Source of the DNA: an uncultured Gammaproteobacteria bacterium
Lineage (GTDB): Bacteria; Patescibacteriota; Patescibacteriia; UBA9934
NCBI GenBank assembly: GCA_964401485.1
Contig: CAYNYL010000002.1
Location: 36,452-100,451 of the forward strand
Length of the DNA: 64,000 bases
Reading direction: 5' to 3'
Part shown: piece by piece, positions 38,989 through 46,271 of the stretch
How positions within the stretch are numbered: position 1 is the first letter of the stretch
How the letters are laid out: every line of letters begins with the position of its first letter
Notes under the pieces: generated by a model
Databases searched by the model: none
What the model was told of the DNA's origin: nothing
Seen by the model: the letters and a program-made list of their open reading frames with translations, nothing else
Made by a program: the position numbers and the translations under genes

Positions 38989-39426
38989 CACTTCTTTTGC
39001 GTGGTCGGTTGGTTTTACTTTTTCGTAGACTTTAAGAATCGTTCCATCTTTCCCGATCAGGTACGAGATACGCAGGATCCCGAGGAATGTTTTTCCGTAC
39101 ATCGATTTATTTCCCATGGCCTCGTAAAGATCGAGGACGGTTGCGTCGGTGTCGGCAAGGAGATCGAACGGAAGCTGTTCATTCTCCGCGAACTTTTTGT
39201 GGCGCGCTGTCGAGTCTTTGCTGATCCCGAGAACCGTTGCGCCTGCCTTTTTAAGCTCCGCCCAGTAATCGCGAAATGCGCAGGCTTCTTTTGTACATCC
39301 CGGGGTCATGTCCTTCGGATAAAAATAGAGAAGCACGTACTGACCTTTGAGGTCCTCGAGCGACACGTCTTTGTCATCTTGGTTTTTCAGGGTGAAATTC
39401 GGGGCCTTTGTTCCTACTTGGAGCAT
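38962..39426 (-). CDS. bcp: Thiol peroxidase Bcp/PrxQ-type peroxiredoxin
   Basis: PKDMTPGCTKEACAFRD motif; 154 aa. Confidence 0.85.
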   Translation of the reverse strand: MLQVGTKAPNFTLKNQDDKDVSLEDLKGQYVLLYFYPKDMTPGCTKEACAFRDYWAELKKAGATVLGISKDSTARHKKFAENEQLPFDLLADTDATVLDLYEAMGNKSMYGKTFLGILRISYLIGKDGTILKVYEKVKPTDHAKEVLDDVLALS

Positions 39427-40304
39427 AGTTGGTAATAGTTGTTTTGTTTCTCGATCATCGTATCACGCTCGAGTCGATCGAGCATTGATTTAAGCCACTC
39501 CCTGTCCTTCGCTCGATTAAACGTCTCGTCGATTTCGGGACCGATTGTTTCGGTCTTTACCCTTCCCTTTTCGCGGACGAGTTTTAGAATCCGTCCTCGG
39601 TAAATTCGGTCTGGATGTTTTTTGCCGGTATGCTTTTTCTCGACGGCTTTTTTTATTGTACGCTTTGGGGTTGTTATGGTCCCGGATAAAAAGTCGTCCG
39701 ATGATTTACAGAACTCTTTTAATGGGCAAACTTCGCACAGTGGAGTTTTTAGGCAGGTCATTGTCGCAAGGTCGAAAAGTGCTTGTGGGATGTCGTGGAA
39801 GCGTTTTGATTTTAGAAGCTCCTCGCTCGCCGAGATTATTTGTTCGTCGTGCGAAAGATCAGGAAAATGAACCCCGAGATACACGCGACCGAGGACGCGA
39901 CGAATATTTGTATCGACCGGTAGGCGTTTCGTTTGGAGAGAGAAAACGGAAATCGCGGAGGCGGTGTAGGGGCCGATTCCTTTAAGCGCGACCCATTCCT
40001 CGTACGATTCGGGTACGCCCCGCTCAACGACTTGGCGAGCAATATCGCGAAGCGCAAGCGCACGGCGATTGTAGCCAAGACCCGCCCACGCCTCGATGAC
40101 TTGTGCATTCGTCGCTTTCGCGAGGCTTGCGAAATCTGGAAAAAGCGCGAGCCATTTTTCAAAATAGAGAATTCCGCGCGAAACCTGCGTTTGTTGGAGC
40201 ATGATTTCCGAAACAAGAATCGGATAGGGGTCGGTAACCTTCCGCCACGGTAAATCCCGTCCGTTTTTGTCGTACCATGTTAAAAGTTTGGTCGCGATTG
40301 ACAT
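39414..40304 (-). CDS. HhH-GPD base-excision glycosylase with 4Fe-4S loop (MutY/Nth family)
   Basis: LPWRKVTDPYPILVSEIMLQQTQV, HhH-GPD region, C-x6-C-x2-C-x5-C (CLKTPLCEVCPLKEFC); C-terminal ~90 aa not clearly NUDIX-like. Confidence 0.75.
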   Translation of the reverse strand: MSIATKLLTWYDKNGRDLPWRKVTDPYPILVSEIMLQQTQVSRGILYFEKWLALFPDFASLAKATNAQVIEAWAGLGYNRRALALRDIARQVVERGVPESYEEWVALKGIGPYTASAISVFSLQTKRLPVDTNIRRVLGRVYLGVHFPDLSHDEQIISASEELLKSKRFHDIPQALFDLATMTCLKTPLCEVCPLKEFCKSSDDFLSGTITTPKRTIKKAVEKKHTGKKHPDRIYRGRILKLVREKGRVKTETIGPEIDETFNRAKDREWLKSMLDRLERDTMIEKQNNYYQLCSK

Positions 40305-40328
40305 AGCGCTACTCTAGCAAATCCGTTC

Positions 40329-40365
40329 TAAAAAAACGAACGACGCCAGGGGTTAGCTGGCGTCG
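40329..40365 (-). terminator. Minus-strand rho-independent terminator directly after the 40377 stop
   Basis: Perfect 9-bp stem CGACGCCAG/CTGGCGTCG; on the minus strand it is followed by TTCGTTTTTTTAG. Confidence 0.65.
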
Positions 40366-40376
40366 AGAGACGAAGA

Positions 40377-40694
40377 TCACGCGGCCGCCATCAAGTCGTG
40401 TCGAAACGACAGGACGACCTGTGCTTCGTTGAGGGCGAAGGCGTTGAGGCGCGCGACCTCGGCGAGAAGCGCCTGCGCGGTCGCTTCGTTGCTCGCGGAG
40501 AGACTCTTCGCCTCGAGGAGGATCTCGTGGATCCGTTCGAGGTGCGGGTGGCTGAGGTCTGCGGTCTCGCATTCCTCGATCAGGCGGGAGATGAGGTCGT
40601 CCAAGGAGGACTCCTGCGTGTGACCCGTTCGGAATTGAACGAATGTCAGCAAAATAATAGCAAATTTTCGAGAAAAAGTCAATGTGTTGTACAC
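40377..40694 (-). CDS. Candidate small acidic alpha-helical protein in GC-rich islet (hypothetical; strand assignment uncertain)
   Basis: 105-aa ORF (…ESSLDDLISRLIEECETADLSHPHLERIHEILLEAKSLS…), very high GC3, terminator immediately after stop, AT-rich divergent promoter region at 5' end; exactly in-frame antisense to a + strand ORF. Confidence 0.4.
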   Translation of the reverse strand: MYNTLTFSRKFAIILLTFVQFRTGHTQESSLDDLISRLIEECETADLSHPHLERIHEILLEAKSLSASNEATAQALLAEVARLNAFALNEAQVVLSFRHDLMAAA

Positions 40695-40703
40695 TGGGTG
40701 CGT

Positions 40704-41369
40704 ATGCTAACGAATGCACAAGAAAAACTGATTAAACGTCTCGCGACGAAGAAGGGTCGCGAAAAAGAAGGGCTGTGTCTTGTTGAGGGAGAAAATGCTC
40801 TCTCGCTCGCAAAAGATTTTTTAGAGTTTTCATTTACCCGCGCGGAGACGGAGCGGTTTGACCAACTCGTAACAACTGAAACGCCACAAGCGATTGCGGG
40901 CGTAGCACGGATTCCTAGCTTCTCTCTTGAAGAGGTCGACCTCGCGCGCGATATTCTTGTTCTAGATAACATTCAGGATCCGGGAAATGTCGGTGCCCTT
41001 TTCCGTCTTGGTCTTGCCTTTGGCGCGAGCCTCCTCCTTATCGAATCTGTCGATCCGACAAATCCGAAGGTGATCCGCTCCTCGACGGGTGCGGTTTTTG
41101 CCGTACCTCACGCGTTAATTAAGCGATCTGACGTTGAAGGACTTTTTGCGCAAATGGATCGACAAATCATTCGGGTTGAAAAACGTCAGGGTGCGAAAGA
41201 TGCGCGAGAGATGACGAGAGAGAAGAGCTTGATTGTTTTTGGTTCCGAAGGACGAGGAATCCAGCTTGAAACCGAAGGCGCGTCGTACTTTATCCCACAC
41301 GATGAAAAGCTTGAGTCTCTAAACGTCGCGACAGCGGCATCAATTATTCTTTGGGAACGATATCGATAA
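40704..41369 (+). CDS. TrmH/SpoU-family RNA 2'-O-methyltransferase
   Basis: Start MLTNAQEKLIKRL (substrate-binding-like N region) then DILVLDNIQDPGNVGALFRLGLAFGAS (SpoU motif 1), LIVFGSEGRG, LNVATAASIILW; track ORF 40398 gives a 102-aa N-extension through the GC-rich islet. Confidence 0.8.
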   Translation: MLTNAQEKLIKRLATKKGREKEGLCLVEGENALSLAKDFLEFSFTRAETERFDQLVTTETPQAIAGVARIPSFSLEEVDLARDILVLDNIQDPGNVGALFRLGLAFGASLLLIESVDPTNPKVIRSSTGAVFAVPHALIKRSDVEGLFAQMDRQIIRVEKRQGAKDAREMTREKSLIVFGSEGRGIQLETEGASYFIPHDEKLESLNVATAASIILWERYR

Positions 41370-41370
41370 T

Positions 41371-42213
41371 ATGAAACCGACAAATTTACACACACGAATT
41401 TTTCTTGATAGTGCCGATCCGGCGGAGACAAAAATCGCCCTTGAGCGACTTGGATTTCTTGATGGACAGACAACGAACCCGGCACTTCTCGCGAAGCACC
41501 CGAAGTTTGCGGGCGGAGTAAAAATGACGCTTCCCGAAATCCAGACAATCTATAAGGAGGCGGTAACGGAGATTCGCGCGCTTCTTCCCGGCAAGTCGGT
41601 TTCCATGCAGGTATTTGATACGGGAGAGACGTCGGTTGAAGAACTCCTTGCTGAGGCACGGGAGAAGAATTCGTGGATCCCTGGCGCACACATTAAGTTT
41701 CCATTTACAAAAACCGCGCTTGAGGCGGCGAAACTCGCTTACGCCGAAGGGATCAACGTAAACATGACGCTTTGTTTTACGCTCGAGCAGGCGGGGCTTG
41801 CAGGGTGTGCCTTTCCCGATGCGAAGGACGACCGTGTCTACCTTTCGCCCTACATTGGTCGCCTTGAAGACAAGGGGCTCGACGGGATCGATAATGTGAT
41901 TAACGCGCTTCGATTGTATAAAGAAAATCAGATCGATATTAAGGTTCTCGCGGCGAGCGTTCGCACAATCGACGATTTACACGACGCGTTTTCCGCGAAG
42001 GCCGATATCGTAACAGCTCCTCTCGCCCTTCTACTCGAGTGGGCTGATGCTGGATTTACCGTAAACGATACGATTCCTCGGAAAAAGCTCGAGGATATCG
42101 CTTATACCCCATACTCAATTCCTGACGCGTGCCCGACTTTTTCGATCGACTCCCCGTTTACGACGGCCGGTTTAACAGGCTTTGTTAAGGCGATTAACGA
42201 GTTGGTTTTGTAA
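41371..42213 (+). CDS. Transaldolase-family protein (short Tal/Fsa type)
   Basis: IFLDSADPAE...GQTTNPALL motifs; 280 aa. Confidence 0.75.
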   Translation: MKPTNLHTRIFLDSADPAETKIALERLGFLDGQTTNPALLAKHPKFAGGVKMTLPEIQTIYKEAVTEIRALLPGKSVSMQVFDTGETSVEELLAEAREKNSWIPGAHIKFPFTKTALEAAKLAYAEGINVNMTLCFTLEQAGLAGCAFPDAKDDRVYLSPYIGRLEDKGLDGIDNVINALRLYKENQIDIKVLAASVRTIDDLHDAFSAKADIVTAPLALLLEWADAGFTVNDTIPRKKLEDIAYTPYSIPDACPTFSIDSPFTTAGLTGFVKAINELVL

Positions 42214-42640
42214 TTTTACGCTCGCACGATTTGCAGACTCCCCGAAATTCAAGCTGGTGTGCGAGGATCGTGCCAAATAGCGAGGACTGCTCGCGTGCTT
42301 CCTCAACGAGAGTTGTTTGATCACACAAAAAAAGCTCTTCGATTTTATGACAGCGGATGCAGGTAATATGGTGGTGGTGTTTGTTTCCCGCGCGTTCGTA
42401 GTAGGTTGTTCCGGCGGTGATTGATACTTCGTTAATGAGTTCGTGTTCGACGAGCCGTTTGATGATGCGAAAAACGCTTACGCGGTTAATGTGCGGCAGC
42501 GCTTTTTGGACTGTTAACGCATCAATCGGACGCCGCGCGTCCTCGAAGAATTGAAGAATCTCTATTGAGGTTTGCGTGGCTCGTAGTCGAGACATGCGTA
42601 GATGCATTTGTGCTGTTTCCATAGGTGTGTGATTTGACAC
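42194..42640 (-). CDS. Fur-family metal-responsive transcriptional regulator (likely Zur given ZIP neighbour)
   Basis: Winged-helix N-domain, HHHHITCIRC and CKSC metal-site motifs; 148 aa. Confidence 0.8.
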   Translation of the reverse strand: MSNHTPMETAQMHLRMSRLRATQTSIEILQFFEDARRPIDALTVQKALPHINRVSVFRIIKRLVEHELINEVSITAGTTYYERAGNKHHHHITCIRCHKIEELFLCDQTTLVEEAREQSSLFGTILAHQLEFRGVCKSCERKITKPTR

Positions 42641-42650
42641 TTATCACAGA

Positions 42651-42740
42651 TGTTACTATGTTACAATAAGAAAAGATATGATTTGCGAAAAGCCCTTTAA
42701 AAACTAACTTTCCAATAATTGTTATTGCAACATAGTAACA
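42651..42740. promoter_or_regulatory. Pair of inverted 19-bp boxes in the fur-family/ZIP divergent promoter region (candidate Fur/Zur operators)
   Basis: TGTTACTATGTTACAATAA (42651-42669) and its reverse complement with one mismatch TTATTGCAACATAGTAACA (42722-42740); each has internal GTTAC-nnn-GTTAC. Confidence 0.5.
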
Positions 42741-42762
42741 GTTACAAAAACACACAAGAACT

Positions 42763-43515
42763 ATGACCACCCTCTCCGTGATCCTTGGTGCCCTAATCGT
42801 GATGCTCGCCTCTTTCTCGGGTGCGATCTTTCTTACAAAGAACGCTGGATCGGCGCTTCAACGCCACATGCCCTACTTTGTCGCCTTTTCCGCCGGGCTC
42901 TTTAGTATCGTAGTCTACCACCTCTTCGTTGAATCATTCGAACTTCTCCCGATCAATCAAGCGGTTGGATATATTTCCGCTGGGTTTCTCGGATTCCTCG
43001 CCTTTGCATTCTTTGTCCCAGAAGGAGACCACCACCCCGATCCAGATTGCGATCACGTCCATCCTTCGAAGATGGCGTGGCGAGTCGTCTTCGGTGATGC
43101 GCTCCACAACATCGGTGACGGAATCGTTCTTCTCCCTGCCTTTATCGCCGATATTCGACTTGGACTCGGCGCTGCGGTTGGAATTTTCCTCCACGAGTTT
43201 ATCCAAGAGCTTTCGGAATACATCATTATGCGCGAGGCGGGATGGAGCGTGAAAAAAACGCTCATCACAAATTTCCTTGTAAGCTCAACAATTTTTATCG
43301 GAATCGGATTAAGCGCTTTCCTTGTCCAAAGCGAACAGTTCCTCGGACCAATATTCGCGCTTTCGGCGGGAGCCTTCTTCTTCATCGTCGTCTACGACCT
43401 CTTCCCTCGCCTCTTCTTTACCGTAAAGCATCATCGCTCCGGCTACGCCTTCCTTTGGTTTATCGCCGGTATGGCGACGCTTCTCGCGATTAGTACAATT
43501 CTTCCTCATGAATAA
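42763..43515 (+). CDS. ZIP-family divalent metal (zinc) transporter
   Basis: 8 TM; His-rich loop (PEGDHHPDPDCDHVH); HNIGDG and HEFIQELSE metal-binding TM motifs. Confidence 0.8.
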   Translation: MTTLSVILGALIVMLASFSGAIFLTKNAGSALQRHMPYFVAFSAGLFSIVVYHLFVESFELLPINQAVGYISAGFLGFLAFAFFVPEGDHHPDPDCDHVHPSKMAWRVVFGDALHNIGDGIVLLPAFIADIRLGLGAAVGIFLHEFIQELSEYIIMREAGWSVKKTLITNFLVSSTIFIGIGLSAFLVQSEQFLGPIFALSAGAFFFIVVYDLFPRLFFTVKHHRSGYAFLWFIAGMATLLAISTILPHE

Positions 43516-43520
43516 ACAAA

Positions 43521-43549
43521 AGAAAGGCCGAGGCCCTTCTTTTTATTTT
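43521..43549. terminator. Bidirectional terminator between ZIP gene and ppa
   Basis: AGAAAGGCC-ga-GGCCCTTCT with T-run on + side and A-run on the other. Confidence 0.65.
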
Positions 43550-44079
43550 GCCCGCTCGATTCCCTCCACGATAAGGGACTTTGCTTTTTCCGACCCTTCC
43601 GTCCCCTGAACTTTTACCCATTTTCCCTTCTCGAGATCCTTGTATCGCTCGAAGAAGTGCGTCATTCGGTCAAGGAGGTGTTTTGGAAGATCCGTAACCT
43701 CTTTAACATGATCGTACATTGGTGAAAGTTTGCTTGTTGGAACGGCGATAATCTTTTCGTCCATTCCGCCCTCGTCTTCCATTAAGATGACTCCAACCGG
43801 TCGCGCGTTAATGACAACGCCAACCGGAAGTTTCTCTGGAGCAATTACGAGAACATCAACCGGATCACCGTCATTTCCGAGTGTGTTTGGAATATACCCG
43901 TAGTTTGCCGGATAATTCATCGGGGTGTGGACAAATCGGTCAACAAAGATCGTTCCGCCCTCTCCTACCTCGAATTTAACATTCGATCCCTCCGGAATCT
44001 CAATATGAACAAAGATATCTTCTGGCGGGTTTTTCCCAGCCGGTACATGTGTAATTCCCATATGGAGATAGGCTATCAC
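43543..44079 (-). CDS. ppa: Inorganic pyrophosphatase (family I)
   Basis: DGDPVDVLV, Asp-rich active-site motifs; true start may be internal Met (MGITH). Confidence 0.88.
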   Translation of the reverse strand: MIAYLHMGITHVPAGKNPPEDIFVHIEIPEGSNVKFEVGEGGTIFVDRFVHTPMNYPANYGYIPNTLGNDGDPVDVLVIAPEKLPVGVVINARPVGVILMEDEGGMDEKIIAVPTSKLSPMYDHVKEVTDLPKHLLDRMTHFFERYKDLEKGKWVKVQGTEGSEKAKSLIVEGIERAK

Positions 44080-44091
44080 AACCTCTTTACA

Positions 44092-44120
44092 TTGACAAAA
44101 TAGGGGTTTTATGCTATAGT
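44092..44120 (+). promoter_or_regulatory. Sigma70-type promoter TTGACA-17-TATAGT upstream of RRM gene (long 72-nt leader)
   Basis: TTGACA 44092-44097, TATAGT 44115-44120, ATG at 44193. Confidence 0.5.
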
Positions 44121-44192
44121 GTATTTGCTACTCTTGTTCGACATAATAAGGGTTAGTATTAATTCGTAATCGACTGGATACTGTCCCATATT

Positions 44193-44450
44193 ATGGAAAA
44201 CAGACTATTCATCGGAAATCTTCCTTGGTCAATCGACGACGCAGGTTTGCGAGACCTTTTCGCTCCATTTGGAGACGTTAAGGACGCACACGTTGCTGTC
44301 GACAAGTTCACCAAGCGCAGCCGTGGATTCGGATTCGTAGAATTCGGAACCGCTGACGAAGCGAACGCAGCTATCGATGCCATGAACGGCAAAGAGGTTG
44401 ATGGACGCCCAATCACGGTAAACATCGCTCGCGCAAAGGAAGCCCGATAA
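44193..44450 (+). CDS. RRM-type RNA-binding protein
   Basis: RNP-2 LFIGNL and RNP-1 RGFGFVEF; 85 aa. Confidence 0.9.
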   Translation: MENRLFIGNLPWSIDDAGLRDLFAPFGDVKDAHVAVDKFTKRSRGFGFVEFGTADEANAAIDAMNGKEVDGRPITVNIARAKEAR

Positions 44451-44457
44451 CAAAACA

Positions 44458-44495
44458 CCGCTCGAAGGATTCGTCCAACGAGCGGTTTTTGTTTT
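44458..44495 (+). terminator. Rho-independent terminator
   Basis: CCGCTCG-(14 nt loop)-CGAGCGG + TTTTTGTTTT. Confidence 0.7.
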
Positions 44496-44506
44496 GTCCG
44501 AATGGA

Positions 44507-44872
44507 CTAGACGATTGTTGCAAGGAGCATTGCGAGCGCGGAAGCGAGCGCGATGTTCTTTTGGAAATTGACCATGTCCCCCATCTTGCTTTGCGCATCC
44601 TTCGCTTTCCAGAAAGGGTGAATTGTGACTGCGGCAAGGAAAAGGAAGCCGATAAGAATCACGTAGGATTCCTCGAGCATGAATTGTGTAAGGATTCCGA
44701 GTCCACCAGCAATCAAGAGAACACCCGACCCAAGAACCATGGACTTTGCCATCGGAATGCCTTTTGACGCGGCATATCCCGTCATCATTGTAACGTTAAC
44801 AAAGTGCATAAGACCCGCTAGGATAAAGTATCCTCCAAGAATAATCTGTCCAATCAAATAGATAGTATCCAT
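44507..44872 (-). CDS. DoxX-family membrane protein
   Basis: 121 aa, 4 TM, DoxX-like N-terminus MDTIYLIGQIILGGYFILAGLMHF. Confidence 0.7.
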   Translation of the reverse strand: MDTIYLIGQIILGGYFILAGLMHFVNVTMMTGYAASKGIPMAKSMVLGSGVLLIAGGLGILTQFMLEESYVILIGFLFLAAVTIHPFWKAKDAQSKMGDMVNFQKNIALASALAMLLATIV

Positions 44873-44873
44873 A

Positions 44874-44902
44874 TTGACAATTAGTGAATTTGAACTTATT
44901 AT
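44874..44902 (+). promoter_or_regulatory. Sigma70-type promoter TTGACA-17-TATTAT for the A/B gene pair
   Basis: TTGACA 44874-44879, TATTAT 44897-44902, GGAGGA SD before ATG 44930. Confidence 0.5.
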
Positions 44903-44929
44903 AGCAAGTCATCTTGCTTGGAGGAAGTG

Positions 44930-45526
44930 ATGGCAAAAACGGCCTTAATAAACTTACTGAGGGCTCAGGTTCGAGCCTTCGGTCCCGCCCCTGCCGTTCT
45001 CGACCGGTTCAGCGATGATCTCGTTGGCACGCTTCACCGATTTCATTCTCTGCGTCCGAAGATGGAGGAACGACTCGGCATCTTGTACGAAGGGATCGAT
45101 GATCGCGAGATTGTCTCCTTCGATCGCGAGATCAAGAAGCGGGTGCACGGGCTCTACGAGCTCACGAAGCGGAGCAAAGTGAAGGGTATGGAGCTTCTCA
45201 AGGCGCGTATCAACCTCGAGGCGCTTCTGCGGTTTCATCGTGACCTCGGGGGCGACTTCCAGATCGACGATGCGTACTTGACCGAGGTCTTCGCGAAGTG
45301 TGGAGATCGTGTCGTGCTCGACGATGAGTACGAATACCTTGTGACTCGCGTCTACGCGTCCGATTACGACTGGTTTATCGTTCTTTGGGACGACAAGATC
45401 TGGGCCGATCGGGTACCGAGTGCGCTCCTCGCTCCCTTCCGCATCACCTACGAAGAGTGGAGGAAGAATCGCGAAGACAGCGACGATCGGGATTTCGATG
45501 TATACTTCGAGTACGTGGAGGAATGA
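44930..45526 (+). CDS. Hypothetical protein A (198 aa) of a translationally coupled pair
   Basis: MAKTALINLL...; acidic C-terminus (DSDDRDFDVYFEYVEE); no recognised motif; GC higher than neighbours; track gives TTG start at 44918. Confidence 0.5.
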   Translation: MAKTALINLLRAQVRAFGPAPAVLDRFSDDLVGTLHRFHSLRPKMEERLGILYEGIDDREIVSFDREIKKRVHGLYELTKRSKVKGMELLKARINLEALLRFHRDLGGDFQIDDAYLTEVFAKCGDRVVLDDEYEYLVTRVYASDYDWFIVLWDDKIWADRVPSALLAPFRITYEEWRKNREDSDDRDFDVYFEYVEE

Positions 45527-46005
45527 TGCACGAGAAGTTGGCCGGTACGTTTATTCGGCTCGCCCGTTCGCTAGAACTCGCGAGAGGAAAAGACCTCGTG
45601 GTTCCTGGGACTCTGATTCCTGCGCTTGAGGTGATGCGCTCGAGGGGAGTCATGTTCCATTTCATCGCCGAACTCCATGCTCTTCTCGAGTCGAGTGCGA
45701 ACCCGCACGTCGTCCCGTTCGACATCTTTCTCGCGTCTCGTGATGAGGTGTACGCGAGGACAACCGTGGTGCTTCAATGCCTTACGATAGCACATCTAGA
45801 GGCGATCCATTTTGCCTATCGCTATCTAGCACGCGAGTTGCGAGCGAGCGATGCCGGGGCCCCTGGATGCCGAGCGAAGCGTGCGGTGTCGTTCGACTAT
45901 TCGGCGGTCGAGCAGTTCTATCTGCGGGCCCGAGAACTGCATGGACTGCAAGGTACTTTCCGGGGCGAGCGGCAACCCGAAGACGGTTTCCTCCGATTCG
46001 ACTAG
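45523..46005 (+). CDS. Hypothetical protein B (160 aa), start overlaps A stop (ATGA)
   Basis: MMHEKLAGTFIRLARS...; no recognised motif; track ORF 45385 is the same frame with an upstream extension. Confidence 0.5.
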   Translation: MMHEKLAGTFIRLARSLELARGKDLVVPGTLIPALEVMRSRGVMFHFIAELHALLESSANPHVVPFDIFLASRDEVYARTTVVLQCLTIAHLEAIHFAYRYLARELRASDAGAPGCRAKRAVSFDYSAVEQFYLRARELHGLQGTFRGERQPEDGFLRFD

Positions 46006-46022
46006 AGAAGGCAACCGTTCGT

Positions 46023-46060
46023 GACCCCGCTGGCTTCGGCTGGCGGGGTCTTGATCATTT
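46023..46060 (+). terminator. Hairpin with weak U-tract after gene B
   Basis: GACCCCGC-(13 nt)-GCGGGGTC then TTGATCATTT. Confidence 0.4.
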
Positions 46061-46102
46061 ATCGAAATTCATTTACACTATTTCCAGCTCGAAAGAGCCT
46101 AT

Positions 46103-46177
46103 TCGGGGGTAGCTCAGCGGCAGAGCAGTTGGCTGTTAACCAATTGGTCGTGGGTTCGATCCCCACCCCCCGAGCCA
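46103..46177 (+). tRNA. tRNA-Asn (anticodon GTT)
   Basis: Manual fold: acceptor TCGGGGG/CCCCCGA, D-arm GCTC/GAGC, anticodon stem GTTGG/CCAAT with loop CTGTTAA, T-arm GTGGG-TTCGATC-CCCAC, discriminator G, encoded CCA. Confidence 0.85.
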
Positions 46178-46182
46178 CAGAA

Positions 46183-46217
46183 ATCTCTCACAAAAAGTGA
46201 GGGATTTTTGTATTTTT
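46183..46217 (+). terminator. Terminator after tRNA-Asn
   Basis: ATCTCTCAC-aaaaag-GTGAGGGAT + TTTTGTATTTTT. Confidence 0.6.
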
Positions 46218-46271
46218 AAGTCCCCTACCATTTAACTTCTCGAACTGGTAAACTGTCTTCAAATAAAGCAT

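Noticed and set aside
40398-41369. Single 323-aa ORF (track) fusing the GC-rich islet to trmH
   Set aside because: TrmH-family protein is complete from Met 40704 and an AT-rich promoter-like segment separates the parts; the N-terminal extension is kept only as an alternative hypothesis in findings.
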